64,000 nt of DNA from the human T2T-CHM13v2.0 reference genome, Homo sapiens. Below, piece after piece: positions 1 to 16,326 of this stretch (within the stretch, counting starts at the first letter, position 1; every line of letters starts with the position of its first letter). The position numbers and the translations under genes were made by a program. The stretch lies in the NCBI RefSeq assembly GCF_009914755.1, contig NC_060948.1; one strand, written 5' to 3'. The notes beneath the pieces were generated by a model. That model had not been told where the DNA came from, made no database searches, and saw only the letters and a list, made by a program, of their open reading frames with translations.

Positions 1-779
1 AATCACATACACTCCCTGCTTTCATTGGAAAGTGTACAATGATGTCAGAGTGCCCCAGAATGGAGCTAGTTGGAAGACTGCCATCATAGGGATGCCTTAG
101 TGAATTAATAAGGTTTTAATTTCTGGCTCTCAACTTTGTAGATGTAAAAGTTGATTTATCAGTATGTGAGAAAGGACGAATCTTTCTGAAGGTTATGTCA
201 TCACACTCACTAAGCACACAGAGAATAATGTCTAGAATCTGAGTGCCATGTTATCAAATTATACTGAGACTCTTGCAGTCACACGGGCTGACATGTAAGC
301 ATCGTCATGCCTAGTACAGACTCTCCCTGCAGATGAAATTATATAGGATGCTAAATTATAATCAGAACAATGTTTGGTGAGCCAAAACTACAACAAGGGA
401 AGCTAATTGGATGAATTTATAAAAATATGCCTCAACCAAAATAGCTTAATTCAGTCTCCCTTATCATAAGGATAATCTTGCCTAAAGGGACAGTAATATT
501 AAAGACACTAGGAATAACCTCTGTACTTTGGACAGTAGACCTGCACAGCCCCTTAGGCCTCAATGAATTCTTATGCAAGACCAGAAGCCAATTTGCCATT
601 TTAAGGAGATTCTCCATGTTTCTGCTCTAACTGTGATTCACAATACTCAAGACACCGAATCAGGAAGTTTCCGGGAGTGCAGGGAGCTGTCCGTGGTACT
701 GAGCAGTTCTCAGCAACCCAAAGATCCTATTGACTCCTCATCAGACTTCTTTCTCACTGGAATTTTACGCCTGGGCTGT

Positions 780-1260
780 TAACACCAGGCCAGGTCAAAT
801 TCAAAGGAGAGAAAAAAGCTCATTATGAAGGGTAAAATCCAAAACACTGTGCATAAAGATATGTGTGCACAATTTTTATACATAAAGATTTCATAAAGCC
901 AAAGCATCAGGAAATGAAAAGAGATATAGAAAGAAAAATGATGGTAAATGAGACATTAATTTACCCTTCTAATCTCTATCACAGCAAAAAGATAATTAAA
1001 AAATCTATATGAGAACCACAAAATACACAAAAATTATGTAGCAAAGCCTATAGCCTGAAAAAGTAAACATTGAAATTTGTATGTCCATAAAATGTTTACA
1101 AAATTGAGTACATATTATACACCCCACCCCAAAAACATCTAAGCAAAGTAGAGAATGTAGAAATGCTACAGATTATATTCTCTGATTATGACACAACAAA
1201 ACTAGAAATTACAGCATGGAAATTTAAAAGCTTTCTCTTAAATAATTCTATGTCAAAAAG
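780..1260 (+). mobile_element. Old, highly degraded L1M ORF2 fragment
   Basis: A-rich, with faint resemblance to L1 endonuclease-region DNA (CTCTGATTATGACACAACAAAACTAGAAATT). Confidence 0.4.
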
Positions 1261-1267
1261 AAATCCA

Positions 1268-1581
<314 letters not shown>

Positions 1582-1638
1582 AATCCAAATAAAATTTCTA
1601 GAATATGTGGAAAACAGTGACAATAAAAATATTACACA

Positions 1639-1920
1639 TGTGTAATCCCAGCATTTTGAGATGCCAAGGTGGCAGGATCACTTGAGACCAGGAGTTCACA
1701 ACCAGCCTGGACAACACAGGGAGACTCCACCTCCACACACGCCAAAAAAAATTTTTAAATAGCCAGGTATAGTGGTACTTCTTGTAATCCCACCTACTTG
1801 GGAGGCTAAGGTGGGAGAATCACCCAACCTCAGGAGTTCAGGGCTTCAGCAAGCCATGATCATATCACTGCACTCCAGCCTCAACAACAGAGCAAGATCC
1901 TATCTCAAAAAAATAAAAAA
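1639..1920 (+). mobile_element. AluJ, 5'-truncated
   Basis: Diverged Alu body (CAGGAGTTCAGGGCTTCAG...CATGATC) with A tail. Confidence 0.85.
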
Positions 1921-2051
1921 TCACATGTGGGAAATAGCTATAGCACAATAAAAATAAATGTATTAAGTGTGAACAACAAAAAAGCTAGTAAAGGTTGAAC
2001 AACAACTATCCTTAGGCAAGTGGAAATAATGTATTAATAAATATGAAAGCA

Positions 2052-2359
<308 letters not shown>

Positions 2360-3211
2360 CTAATAAATTAGAAAACAGAAACAGAACTAATTTATAAATC
2401 AAAGCACTATGCCTTGAAAAGAGGGAGAAAAATTGTGAATTAAGGAAGGGAAGAGATGGTTGGAGAGGAGGTGGGAGAAGGCAGAGATAATTGAAAGAGC
2501 AAAAGCATCTGGAGAAGCAAAGCCACTGAAAGATGAACAGGGCTCTGAAAGAAATGCTTGATTGCTATCTTTTCAAATGACTGCAGTTCCCAGTGACATC
2601 ATTTTTCTCCTCCCTGGAAGTCTGAGGGGCAGTTCACTTATCTCCTCCCCTCCCCTACTCCTCACCCCACACTCAAAACCTGTCTATGCTCCTTTCATTC
2701 TCATATGACAGATTTCAGATGGCATTCTTATTTCCCTGATTTCTTTTTGAGATAGCTTGCATTTCCCTCCTCTATATAAAGCCACCATTTATCAAATGCC
2801 TACATGGACCAAGCAGTCCACAAGGGCTTCACAGACAGTTTTACTAAACTCATGCCAAAATTTTCAGGTTTTATACCTACCTTATAGATAAAGAAATTGA
2901 AGCTTATAGAGTTTAAGTAATGTTTCCAAAGCCTCGTGGCTACTAATTCAAACCTAATTTCTGCCTACTCCAAAGTCTATTTTTCCTCATGATACTATAC
3001 TGCTTCTCCATGGATAAAGACAGAGATCACATGTTAATAAAATTTGCACAAAGTCAGCAAATAGCTGAAAGGGAAGGCTAAGATGATTAATAAAATCAAG
3101 AGCCAGATGATCTCAACAACCTGAAATAACTGGCTGACAACCAATTTGAATAACTCCCTGCAGGTGAAGTTCAAAGTACTATTTGGGTTTTTTTTTTTTT
3201 TTTTAAAGTTT

Positions 3212-3579
<368 letters not shown>

Positions 3580-3851
3580 TCAGCATTTTAGTGATCTGTA
3601 TGGTCCCTCTATCTGTCAGGGTCCTAGCAGGAAATTGTTGCACTCTCAAAGGATTAAGCAGAAAGAGTTTAACGAAGGTTCTCTTTCCAGGGTTAAGGGA
3701 ACTGCTAGGGTTTGGATATGTGACCACTCCAAACTCATGTTGAAATGTGATCCCCATTGTTGGAGGGGGGGCCTAATGGGAAGTGTTTTGGTCCTGAGTG
3801 TGGACCTCTCACGAATGTCTTGGTGCCATCCAAGTGAGTTCTTGCTCGCTC

Positions 3852-4186
<335 letters not shown>

Positions 4187-4394
4187 TAACAAGAGCCTGG
4201 CACAAACCCCTCTCTCTCGCCACATGATCTCTGCACATGCCAGCTTCCCTTCCCCTTCTGCCATGAGTGGAAACAGCCTAAAGCCCTCACCAGAAGCAAA
4301 TGGTGGCACCATGCATCTTGCACACCTTCAGAACAGTGAACCAAATAAACCTCTCTTCTTTAAAATTACTCAGCCTCTGGTATTCCTTTATAAC

Positions 4395-4430
<36 letters not shown>
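4395..4430. repeat. (CA)n microsatellite
   Basis: Seen directly. Confidence 0.95.
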
Positions 4431-4432
<2 letters not shown>

Positions 4433-7400
4433 GGCAGACTAAAACAGGAACTAATTAGAAATGGTGATGCACCGAGGGATTGGCACCGAGGCTCCCCAAC
4501 AGGAAGTGAGGCTGTGGATAGAAGGACACATTCATGTTATGTTTTTTCTAATGGTTAAGTAATTATTTGCTCTTACTCTCAAAATTTCTGCCAAGGCCTC
4601 CCATGGACCAAACTCAACTAGAATCTAGGAAGCAGAGAACCTGAGTGTTGCATTCAGCAGAAGTCAGCTTCCTAGGGACTCTTGCAGGAAGGGCGAAAGT
4701 AGAGAATCTGGTGGGGAAGCAAGCAAATGCCCATCACATGCACTTTCCTCCAACAGAGCGACTCAGATGCTATAAAACTTGCTAACTCAGTCTCAGGGTC
4801 TGATCACAGTAACATACAATCCAGGTCTTAATCATCAGAAATCACAGTCCTATTGTCTTCTGCACAGATCCAAACACACTTGGAGGTCATGTTCAATATG
4901 AATACCTCACAGCGAAGGAAATTTACACACGAGAAGTACATCTGCAGAAAGCCAGCTGACATGTCAACCATTCAAAAACTCAGGGTATTCGGGATTAAAG
5001 AAGACTCAGGAAGACAAGTATGAAGCATAATCTGTGACATTCCATGTGGCAGACGTTAGACACATACAAGAAAGTTGTTGGAAAGTGGAATTTATCTTCA
5101 TATAAACAACACTGAGCTAAATCTCAATGTTTCAGATCTCTAGAACTATCCATCAGTGAAATGGATTGCAAATAGAAAGAGTAATACCATGCCACTTAAG
5201 AATATAATCATGGACGAGGCTGCCACCTGCTGTTGGGGGCCACTGCAGAAGAAATTCCAGAACACTGGACTGGAGAGCACCTCACTTTCCTTATAGCTCT
5301 AAGTTTCTGACTCAGTGACCTGATTCAGTACCATATACACAAACACCCACTTACACAAATGACTGTTCTTCACACTTGGCCCATGGAGACAGGGATAAAA
5401 TTCTGAATTTGCTCAGATACCTTCTCCGCTACTGACATCTAGGCATTACACAATTCATCTCTTCATACTTAACCTTTGAAGTTTGCTACTTCTCAGAGAG
5501 ACTAATGAGTAGTGAGCACATATCCTGAAGCTGAGAATGCTTCTACCTCCTCTCAAAACAACGGAATATTCATCAAAACACAGCAGTTCTGCACTTAACT
5601 TTAGGCCTTTTCTAACACCTCATTTCTTGGCAGTAACTGTGGCCAGAATAGCTCTTTCCACAGAGAAAGGACCTTTTGAAAGGATAGGTTCTCTAGATAG
5701 AAAAGCAAATGCCTCATTCCAGAAGGTCTTCAAGAAGAAAATGTTGTGGTGATAGCAAACATAACTGATTATAATCTATTCTGTGAAAAAAGCTTATGAA
5801 ACAGTAGATGTGTGTATCTAGTACATAAGAGCTGAATGTCAATATATATGTATAGATATATACACACCCTCAAATAAATAATAGTTATCTCTAACTAGAG
5901 AAATTCTAGTTGCCTTACTATATTTTCTACAATAAACATGTGTTTTTAACAAGAAAAGTCTTTTCTGGTGTGCTTTTAAATTTTCTTTGTTTAAGTGAGA
6001 GTGAGGCTACATAACTACATGGCTAGGTAGACTTTTAGAAAACTTGGCTGCTCTAGAAAATTGACATATCCTGATTTCTTCCATAGCTTGGATCTTGACC
6101 TAGAGGGAGATATAAAAATGTTGACTTGAATCTGAGGGGTGCCATTTTCACTGCTGAAGTAGTTTCATGGATCATGAATTGGAGAAATGACTTCAGCAAC
6201 AGGGTGTTAAAAACAGAAAGCACAAGTGACCCACAACAGATGATGGAGAACAAAGAGCAAGCTGGGAAAAGCAGTGGCCTTTAATATAGAAAAGAAGAAG
6301 TATAGCCAAAATAAATATTAGGCAGACAGCAGTTCACAGTTTATACTATTAAGCTGTTGTTTAGGGGAATGGTAAACCGACATGACCCTTGAGGTAGGTA
6401 TATATAGGTAAATCCTATGTGTCCCTTGAAATAGGTGTATGACACAACTTCTGGCATCTACATGGATTTGGTCACTCTAAAGTAGCCATGAGGCTTAAGA
6501 TAGTTCAGCTGTTTGGGGATAAGCTACATCATTTGCAGTTGTCTTTCTGCAATTTGCATATCCTACAGTTATCATTGTCATTACTGAATGGCACAGAGAA
6601 AACTGGTCTAAAGTGGTTCTCAAACCTGGTTGCTGGAGGGCCACCCTCAGTGATGATGATTTAATCTGTAGAAGAGTAGAACATTGATAGTTTTTATATA
6701 TCTCCAGGTAATTTTAATATATAACTGGGGTGAGAATCATTGACCTAATTGTAAGAGGATAATATTCAAGAAATGTGGAGATAAATAATTTTCTTCTCAA
6801 CATTAAAAAAATCTAATAGAAAGTTTTATCTTTTCCCCTAACTCAGGGTCATCAGCCTTAAAGCTTCAGTCTTTGTGTGTTCACAGGTGCTGTAAACACA
6901 TGCATCACTACTAATATCCCACTTCAGTGCTATTGCTGCTCCCAAAACTCCAGGTATTTTTAACCTTATAAACCTCCAGAATAATGAGACCACTGGGTTC
7001 AGTAAATTGCTTTGTTTTGAAGCAGTGTTAGACAAAGTGGGAGACTAGAAGATAAATCTGTCAATGACATGTCCTTTAAGACTACTTAGATATTGTTGAA
7101 TTTGTGGATCATTCTTTACTTGAGCATGGTAAATTAACTCTCTCTTTTCTCTCTCTCTCTAGCTGGCACACTTTTTCCAGTAGCCATTCTACTTGGTATG
7201 CTTACTTATCAGCTGTCCTCCAGGGGCCTCACATTAGATGTTTCTCTTGACTAACAAAACATGACACACAGCTGAAGTCTGAAAAACCAGATTGATAATT
7301 TCACCCAAACTATTTTCTTCATTCTAACAGTTTACTGGAGTACACAATTGTGACTATTTTTAGCCATAGGAACTCATAGAAAGACCAACTTCATTAGACC

Positions 7401-7679
7401 TACAAAATCGAATTGTGTGACATTATATGCAGTATGTGTAGGAATAAAAAGCATTTCTCAAATATGCAGTACTGGATTTTGCAAAAGCACCTTACACTTA
7501 GCTATGAAGGAGTGAAAAACACAGAGATGAGTAACTGCACCTTTCAAAAGACTAGAGCTATACCAATAATACAAAGGTGTAAACAAATAATGATGAGATG
7601 ACAAAGGCTGAGTGTTTTCTATTTGGAAGCTATGTTGTTGAATTATTTATGTATATAATTTCATGCAATCTTCATGTTA

Positions 7680-7982
7680 TGGGGGTGTTCTAATCCACTG
7701 TGACTCTGTCCTTAAATAAAAGGGAGATTTGGACATAGAGACAGGAACACAGGGAGGATGCCATATGAGAATTGACACTGTGCTGTCACAAGCCAAGGAA
7801 CTACTGGAAGGAGAGAAAGAGGACTGGAACAGTTCCTTCCTTAGCACCTTTTCAGGCAGCCTAGCCCTTCCAGCTTCTTGATCTGGACTTCTCACCTCTA
7901 GAATTGTGAGGCAATAAATTTCTGTTGCTTAAGTTACCCAGTTTGTGGTACTTTATTACAGGAGCCCTAGGAAAATAATTCA
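7680..7982 (+). mobile_element. MLT1B/C-like MaLR LTR, partial
   Basis: ACAAGCCAAGGAAC...GGACTTCT...AGAATTGTGAGGCAATAAATTTCTGTTG...CAGTTTGTGGTAC is the MLT1 3' half. Confidence 0.75.
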
Positions 7983-8538
7983 TTATATAATCTGCTAAGG
8001 TAGATATGATCATTGTCTCCAATTTCCATATGAAGAAACTATGCCTCAGGCATTGTGTCAGTTGTCCAAAATCATACATTCCTGACTCACTTCAATGAAT
8101 TCTTCATTCAGCAAAACTTTTAAGGTACCTTAAAAAAATTATGTTAACTCTTAGGTCCTTGCTATAAAGCTTCAATGGGGTTTTCCTTTGCAAAGAATAA
8201 AATCCTAATACTTAAGCATAGCTCTCTTTCCTGGCTATATTTCTGATATCCTCTTGTACCATGCTCCTCCTTAATCATTCTGAGTTTACATCTTAAGTCC
8301 TTTCCCCTTGCCATTCCCACTTCTTGGAATACTTTCCCATCAACTCTTCAAAGAACTGGCTTCTTTAAGTATTTGCTCTCAGTTCAAATGTCACTTCCCT
8401 GTAAAATCTTCCTGGTCATCAAGCCTTCTTTACACACTGTATTTTATTTTTTCATGGTTCCTATAACCACCTAATATATTCTCAATTGATTAACTGTTTT
8501 GCTGACTACTGCCTTCCATAAGAATGGAAAGAAAATAT

Positions 8539-8753
8539 GGCCAGGTGCAGTGGCTCACACCTGTAATCCAACCACTTCAGGAGGCTGAGGCAACATGGCA
8601 AAACCTTCCCTTCAAAAAATTTTTTAAAAGTTAGCTGGATGTTGTGGAGGCAAGAGGATCACTTGAGGATCACTTTAGTCCATGAGGTCAAGGCTGCAGT
8701 GAGTCATGTTTGCACCACTGCACTCTAGCCTAGGTGATAGAGCTAGTCCCTAT

Positions 8754-8777
<24 letters not shown>
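8539..8777 (+). mobile_element. AluJ with internal deletions
   Basis: GGCCAGGTGCAGTGGCTCAC start, GAGGTCAAGGCTGCAGTGAG, poly(A). Confidence 0.85.
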
Positions 8778-8784
<7 letters not shown>

Positions 8785-9795
8785 GAGAATGCTACATGAG
8801 AGAAAGGATCTTATTTATCATGTTCACCTCTATCATGTTCACTTCCAAAGAGGTGAACATATCCCCCAAAGCCTGATAGAGAGAAGAGGCTCATTAATAT
8901 TTAATGCATGACCATGTGCAGACTTGGGAGGAAAAATATGTCTCAGCCTATCAAAATTGAATCCTTAATAAACAAGGGTGCTTCTCCATCATTTCCCCAC
9001 AACACCAAACAAGTGTGGCTCACTGTGGATGTTTAAGCAAATGCATTGTTTTTCCAGTTATATATCTGGTAGAGATGAGGTCATTGATAGGAATGGGAAG
9101 ATGATCTCCTTTTATTTTGATGACCCAGCATGGCTGAACACTCAGTGACTACCACTGCACTTTGTTGTACTTTCAGCATTAGAGATGTCAGCCCTGTAGG
9201 ATATAAAACAGGAACATCTAGTCCTCAATTATATTCAGAATTACTCAAGTCTTAGAAGAACCACTTGTCTTTTTTCAAGGAAGAGAAATGCTCAAGTGAT
9301 GGGCTGAAGTGAAGGGAGGGAGTCACTCACTTAAACGGTTCCCTTAGGCTGTGTGGATGCAAACAGCATTAGACAATGACACTGACAGTGGGAAATGCAC
9401 TGAAGATGATGAATGGCAAAGCCCTCCTTTTCTCCCCATCCACTTTAGATACTGACAGCAAAGGGTTTGTCACAATGACAACTATACACTCCCAATATCA
9501 CAGAAGAAGGAGGAATAAAAGGGTATATTATGAGTGACTGAAGTTTAGAATAAATCAATAAATATTATGTCCCTCATCCATAGAAACCACAAAGGTCTAG
9601 TAATGCTAAGGATATAATAAGAAAATAATATGAATATTTGCTTCCCCTTCCTAGTGTAATAGAGTAAGTTACAAATGGCTTCAGGAAGGGGAGAGAGGAA
9701 GAAGAGTGGATGAGATATGTAAGAGTGCCTGAGGGTTAATTTTATGAAAGCTTTGGGAAGTTTTAAGAAAAAGAAAAGCTATGTTTCAAGGTACA

Positions 9796-9808
9796 TGTGT
9801 GTATGCGT

Positions 9809-9841
<33 letters not shown>
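9796..9841. repeat. (TG)n/(TGCG)n microsatellite
   Basis: Seen directly. Confidence 0.95.
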
Positions 9842-10067
9842 AAAGACAGAAGAAAGAGGGAGACCTAAAAAGACTATGAGACACTAAGAGAAAAATTAAG
9901 GTAAAAAAGACACACATTAGAAAAACACAAATAGGGAGGAGGGAGGAGGTTAAGGCATTTTACTATGTGCTGTGAATGGAAACTACAAACCATTTGTGAT
10001 ATATGCAATATATATACATATATACACACATATACATATGTATTTAAATATTTAAATTACATTTTCT

Positions 10068-10240
10068 CTTTTTTTAGAGATGTGGTTTCACTATGTCACT
10101 CTGCCCAGGATGCAGTACAGTGGTTGTTCACAGTCATGATCATAGCACATTATAGCCTTGAACTCCTGGGCTCAAGCAATCCTCCTGTATTAGTCTCCCC
10201 AGTAGTTGGGATTACTAGCATATGCCACCATGTCCACCCT
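10068..10240 (-). mobile_element. Alu monomer (FAM/FLAM_A-like)
   Basis: 7SL-like GTGGTTGTTCACAGTCATGATCATAGCAC segment; monomer length. Confidence 0.7.
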
Positions 10241-10309
10241 TATGCTTTTTAAAGTGAAAAACCATACTAAGAATGAGGCCGCTCAACTTAATAATAAAAA
10301 CATTTCTAA

Positions 10310-11170
10310 TGTAAAGAAATTTACAAAAGAAAAACAATCAACCCCATTAAAATTGGGCAAAGGGAATGAACAGACACTTTTCAAAAGAATACATGTATGC
10401 AGCCAACAAACACACACAAAAAAAGTTCAACATCACTGATCATTAGAGAAATGCAAATCAAAAACATAATGAGATACCATCTCACACCAGTCAGAATGGC
10501 TATCATTAAAAAGTCAAAAAATAACAGATGCTATTGAGGCTATGGAGAAAAGGGAATGCTTATACACTGTTGGTGGGTGTGCATATCAGTTCAATCATTG
10601 TTCAAAGAATAGTGATTCCTCAAAGAGCTAAAAGCAGAGCTACCATTTGACCCAGTAATCCCACTACTGGGTATATACCCAGATGAATATAAACCATTCT
10701 ACCATAAAGACACATGCATACAAATGTTCATTGCAGCACTGTTCACAATAGCAAAAGTATAGGATCAACCTAAATATCCATCAATGACAGATTGGATAAA
10801 GAAAATGTGGTACTTATACACCATGGAATACTATGCCGCCATTAAAAAATGATATAATGTCTTTTGCTGGAATATGGATGGATCTTCTATTATCCTTAGG
10901 AAACTAATGCAGGAACAGAAAACCAAATGCAGCATACTCTCAGTTATAAGTGGGAGCTAAATGATGAGAACTAATGAACACAAAGAATAAAACAGACACT
11001 AGGGTCTACTTGAGGGTGGAGGATGAGAAAAGGAAGAGAAGCAGAAAAGATAACTATTGGGTACTAGGTTTAATACCTGGATGATGAAATAATCTGTACA
11101 ATAATCCCCTGTGACACCAGTTTACCTATGTAACAAATGCCCCTAAACTTAAAATAAAAGTTAAAAAAAA
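10310..11170 (+). mobile_element. 5'-truncated older L1PA (approx. L1PA11-16) 3' end
   Basis: ORF2 C-terminal DNA plus 3'UTR (AATAATCTGTACA...CCTATGTAACAAA...AAATAAAAGTTAAAAAAA). Confidence 0.85.
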
Positions 11171-11305
11171 GAAAATTAAAATCTCCTTATCATCTACCTG
11201 GTAATATGAAAAACACATATCTTTCATTCATTCCTTTCAATTGATGAGGAAACTGAGGTATCGGGAGTTAGTAAAAGTCCACATTGAGATATGAGACCCA
11301 CCACT

Positions 11306-11703
<398 letters not shown>

Positions 11704-12329
11704 CTAATTGTAATAGCTTTGTATTTGAAAAATTATTGATTCATACTCTATATGTTATTATTTTGTATGCGATGACGACAGAACATATTATCATGCTCCT
11801 TTTGTGAATCTCATTCATAATATAAAGTAAATATTTGTTATTTTGTTTTAATTTGAAATATTAATTTCAAATATGTTATCAAAATTTGATACAAACTATT
11901 GACAATAAATCTGTGGATTAAGTAATGTCTTAGTAGGTATTGGGAATATTTGAAACAAGTAACACGGAGGACTATTGTTATTGTTTATTTCAAAGCCAGT
12001 TAAAATTCTGCAAAGCAGTGTAAACAAAAATAATTTCAAGAAATTTATAAAATACCGAGATTATGGTGTATAAACAACTTTAGATTCTTTGTTTAAGAAG
12101 TTCTGCCAGTTTGTAATATATGCTTCATTCAAAGTAGCTAAGGGCTGTACCTGGCTAATAGTAGGCACCTAATATTTGTTGAAAAGGAATACTGAGTAGC
12201 TGGGACCTCCTGAGTATCTGGGACCACACACATTTAACCTGTATTTATAAAATTACTGTTTAGAGAAAACATTTGATGGAATCATGCTTTTACTTTCTGC
12301 TTATAACTCAATTGTTTGTACTGACATTA

Positions 12330-12830
12330 ACATCCCAAATCCTTAGCATGGCCTACAAGGCCCTGAGCAATGTGGCACCTGCTGAAGCCTGCTGCCTCAT
12401 TTAATAACTCTTTGTCTCTTTCCCAGATCCAGCCACTCTAACATTTTTTAGTTCCTGGACCAAGACAAGCTCTTCCCAGAACCTGATCTTTGTACTTGTT
12501 CTTTATTCCTGGAATATTTTTCCCCTGACAAATTACTTATCATCTATCATAAATCAGGTTAAATGGCACTAACTCAGGGAAGGCTTCCCTAACTGCCTCC
12601 CTTCTCCAACCAAATTAGGAACAATTATATGGCCACATAGTATCGAATCAAGTTTATAATTTTAAAATAATTGGGAGATTTTGTTGTTTAACACTTGTTT
12701 TCACTATAAGACTGTACTTACATGCAAGTAAGAACCATGCCTGTTTGTTCACTCCTGCCACAGTCAGAATAGTGCCTGGAATATGCAGTAAGGGCTGAAC
12801 AAACACTAAATAAATGAACAAGTGAATAAA
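12330..12830 (+). mobile_element. L2 3' fragment
   Basis: Ends in L2-type ATAGTGCCTGGAATAT...TAAATAAATGAA...TGAATAAATG. Confidence 0.55.
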
Positions 12831-12935
12831 TGGATATTGTCTCATTTTTAGAACAGAGTACTAAATGGATCATGAACACTATCTGGTATGTCATGTAGGT
12901 AATTTACAAGGGATACAATTTCAGCTCAGATTTAC

Positions 12936-13040
12936 CTTTTCCTGGATACAGGTCTTGATAGGTCTCTTGATGTCATTTCACTTCAGATTCTTCTTTAGAA
13001 AACTTGGACAATAGCATTTGCTGTCTTGTCCAAATTGTTA
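12936..13040 (-). ncRNA. Internal lncRNA-type exon (105 nt)
   Basis: Minus strand: pyrimidine-rich acceptor TCTCTCTTGATTCTTAG| and donor AAG|GTAAAT. The size agrees with my recollection of an exon in the duplicon's lncRNAs; expression is not shown. Confidence 0.65.
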
Positions 13041-13926
13041 CTAAGAATCAAGAGAGATATCTGACATGAAATGACATTGGAAAACATTAAACACGATTGA
13101 AATAATGCTAGCCAATATGGTTATTATTAGAAACCAATTACATTTTCAACTTAAAAATAGTAATACTTATTGCAGACTCAAATGTGCTTATTCTAAAACA
13201 AGTAAATGTTTGCCTATGGTCTGAGGTTCTAATCCACGGAGTTCATTCTAATCCACATTCAACACTATCATGTACCAGTGGGCCTCATAACCCACCTAGT
13301 CCTGTGATTTTTCAGGTTCACTTTTCTAAACTTGTGAATTAAATATGTATTTTCTTAGTTAAGAAAAGGAAAAAAACTCTTGTAATTGTTGTCCATTTCA
13401 GGAGAAATCTTGCATATGAAAACAAGAGATAAATATACACAACTGAGGGCTGTGGTTTAAACAAAATCTTCAGAATGTTTTTTGACCTTATACATTTGTG
13501 CTTTAGTATAACAAAATGATATAGACAAAGGTAACTTTTAATAGAACCAGTCACTAAATTAAAAAAATGACAAATTCTTCTGCTTAGCTAAGCAACAGAG
13601 AAGGTAAAATACTAATTCAATTCATCAATTTAAGCAATACTCATTAAGAGCCAAGTATGTGCTTACTGAATAAGCTGCTAAGGTTTGGTGGTTACAGAGT
13701 GTGTGGTGAAATGATGTCTACATCACAGTCCAACATTCACAGAGTTTAAAAGCCTACCAAGAATCAAGACAAGACAGTCAATACCTAAAATAGACATTTG
13801 TATGTGATTAGAGAGCCAGAGTACAATTTAGGAGAAGAAATTGTATGGAAGGAAGGTTCATTTCCATTAGACCAGAAAATACAGCACATTTGAAGGCCTG
13901 AATAAGAAATATTCTGGATAAGATAT

Positions 13927-14360
13927 TGTGGCTGCTACCAGAATGGCTCTTGATGATCTCTACCTCTTGGTATTTATACCCTTATATAATCTCTTTCCTA
14001 TAGTATAAGCTGGTCCCAGGTACTTGTTTCTATTGAATACAATAGAACAAAAGTAATGAGATACCACTTCTGAGATTAGATTACAAGATACTGTGAATTT
14101 CATCTTGTGCCCTCTCCCTCTCTCTCTTTCTCTTGCCCTCTCATTTGAATGAAGCCAACTGGCATGCTGTCAGTGGCCCAGTGTAAGTCCTGTTACAAGA
14201 AATTGATGATTGCCTGTAGCCAACCCTAAGTGAAGAACTGAGGTCCTCAACCCTACAAATGGAGAGAAACTGAATCTAGCTAAGAACCATGTGAGTGAGC
14301 TGGGAAGAAGATCCACCCTCAGTCGAAATTTAAGATGACCATAGCATCAGCAGACATATT
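13927..14360 (+). mobile_element. MLT1E/F-like MaLR LTR, partial
   Basis: TGTGG start; CACTTCTGAGATTAG; GAACTGAGGTCCTCA; AACCATGTGAGTGAGCT motifs. Confidence 0.65.
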
Positions 14361-15817
14361 GAGACACACTGAAAGTAAGAGAGCAGGAGGAAACAAAACC
14401 AGGGTCATACAAAGAACACAACTGATTTTGAGATTCTCACATAAGTATTACACCTTCAGTGAGCACGTGTACTAGAAATTAAAAAAATAAATAAAATAAA
14501 CCTGCAAAGAGAGCTAGCAAATAAATTTCCCTATGGTCTCAGCTCTGAGTGCAGAGAGAAAATGTTCCCTGTAGAGTTTATAGCCAGAATCCAGCTCTCA
14601 AACAGGTTTCAGCCTGAACTCACACAATCTGTGTGGCTTCCAAATTGGCAAGCTGAGAATTTAATTCAAAGTGGTCTCAGGTTGATAGCAGTCCAAAATG
14701 CCAGGTAGGAAAAAAAATCCTCTCTGGACAAATAAATCATCAAAGCAAGCTCATAAGAGCAGGTTTCAAAGGTCATGAGCTTCTAACACACACACAAAAA
14801 TCACACACACAAAATGGGGGTAGCAGCAACATGGGTAGCATATTCACACTTGAAAAGACTTTAAATATTTGTATTATTAGATGTAGATTATGAAACATAT
14901 TTTAATGTGGTTAATTTTTTTAAGGAATCAAAACTATGAGTAAAGACCAAGAAAATTGTGCTGGATAGCCACTTCCACCATGGCTCCCCTCCTATTTAAG
15001 CCTGGGTACTGTGTCACCCGAAGTCTTCAGGCACATTGTTCCAGGTTTGGGTTTGCCTATGAAAGAAATTCATGAGAGCTGGAAGTGAGGAGTGAAGAGG
15101 AGGTCTTCACATAAAGCAGGCTTAAGGATTAGACATAGCAGGTTTGACAGATGTGATGGCTTGCAGAATTCTTTATGAGCTCCCACTGTCCATCTGGATA
15201 AGATTTACAGACCTTTCAGAAATTCCTATAAGCTTGGGTTCTGTGCCCACACTCTAGACTGTCAGGCTAAGATCTCTCATATAAAACAGACCTCTTCTGA
15301 TTTTGTCTAACTGCTTTTCTAATATCTTTTCACCAAGCTCTTCCAATAATAGCATAAGGCCCTAATTAATATTAAACTTTTATCATTATAATACATAGGA
15401 TGTCTTCTGTTTTCCTGATCAAATTCTGACTACTATTAAAATATAAAGAATTGTCCAGAAATATATAAAAAAGAATCACACATTGATCTTCTTTAAATGA
15501 AAATATAACAATTGTATGGACTAGGATGATTACAGTTGTTCAGTTCTGACTGTTATTTGAAGAAAAAAGCAATAAGAAGCCTCAGCAACTTAACAGAAGG
15601 AGCTGCCATTTACTAGGAGAAAAGATTGTGGATGAGAGTGTAGCAAACAAAGGTCAGAATTCTGTGAAGCTTGAGATGTCAATTATAATGAATTATCTTT
15701 TATACTCACTACAATTTCCTAACAATTTTGGGGTTTATATTTTTGAAAGAGACATACCTTTAATTTTCTTTCTTTGTACTATTGTTAGGTAACTTTAATG
15801 TGCAAATTATACTACAG

Positions 15818-16326
15818 TGAAAGTTGCCAATGACAAGGCAAAGTCACTTACATCAGACCCAAAGCAAAGTGGAGCCGGGTCATGAAAAAGGGGATCTGTG
15901 TGTGTGTCCACAATAAGCACTATCACAAGGACTTTCTATAAACTCACAAGAAATTTCTGCCCGCCCAGCACACTCTGTTTGTCCAGCTCATCCTGTAGGT
16001 GTCTCTATAATAGGACCTTTCATAAAAAATTCCTCAAGACTGTAGCATTTCAGATAAGCCACCCTCACAAGAACACTTGCCTAGCAATGGCTGTTTCTGC
16101 CAGTAAGTTAACACCAGCTCCTGCTTCAGGCCCTGTGACCAATGATGTTTGTTTCAAAACAGCTTGCATAGACTTCTTTTTGTCTTTAAATATTTTCCTT
16201 ACCTCAACCTCTTGGGATGCACCTATGATTGATCATAGCACAAATATCTCAGATTATAATCCTTGTTTATTTCCAAATAAATTTATTTCTTTGGAGATCC
16301 ACTTTTTCTGTTATTATACATTGACA
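15818..16326 (+). mobile_element. ERV1-class solo LTR (MER34-like)
   Basis: TGA...TTGACA termini, ~510 bp, AATAAA near the 3' end, TTTCAAAACAGCTT motif. Confidence 0.5.
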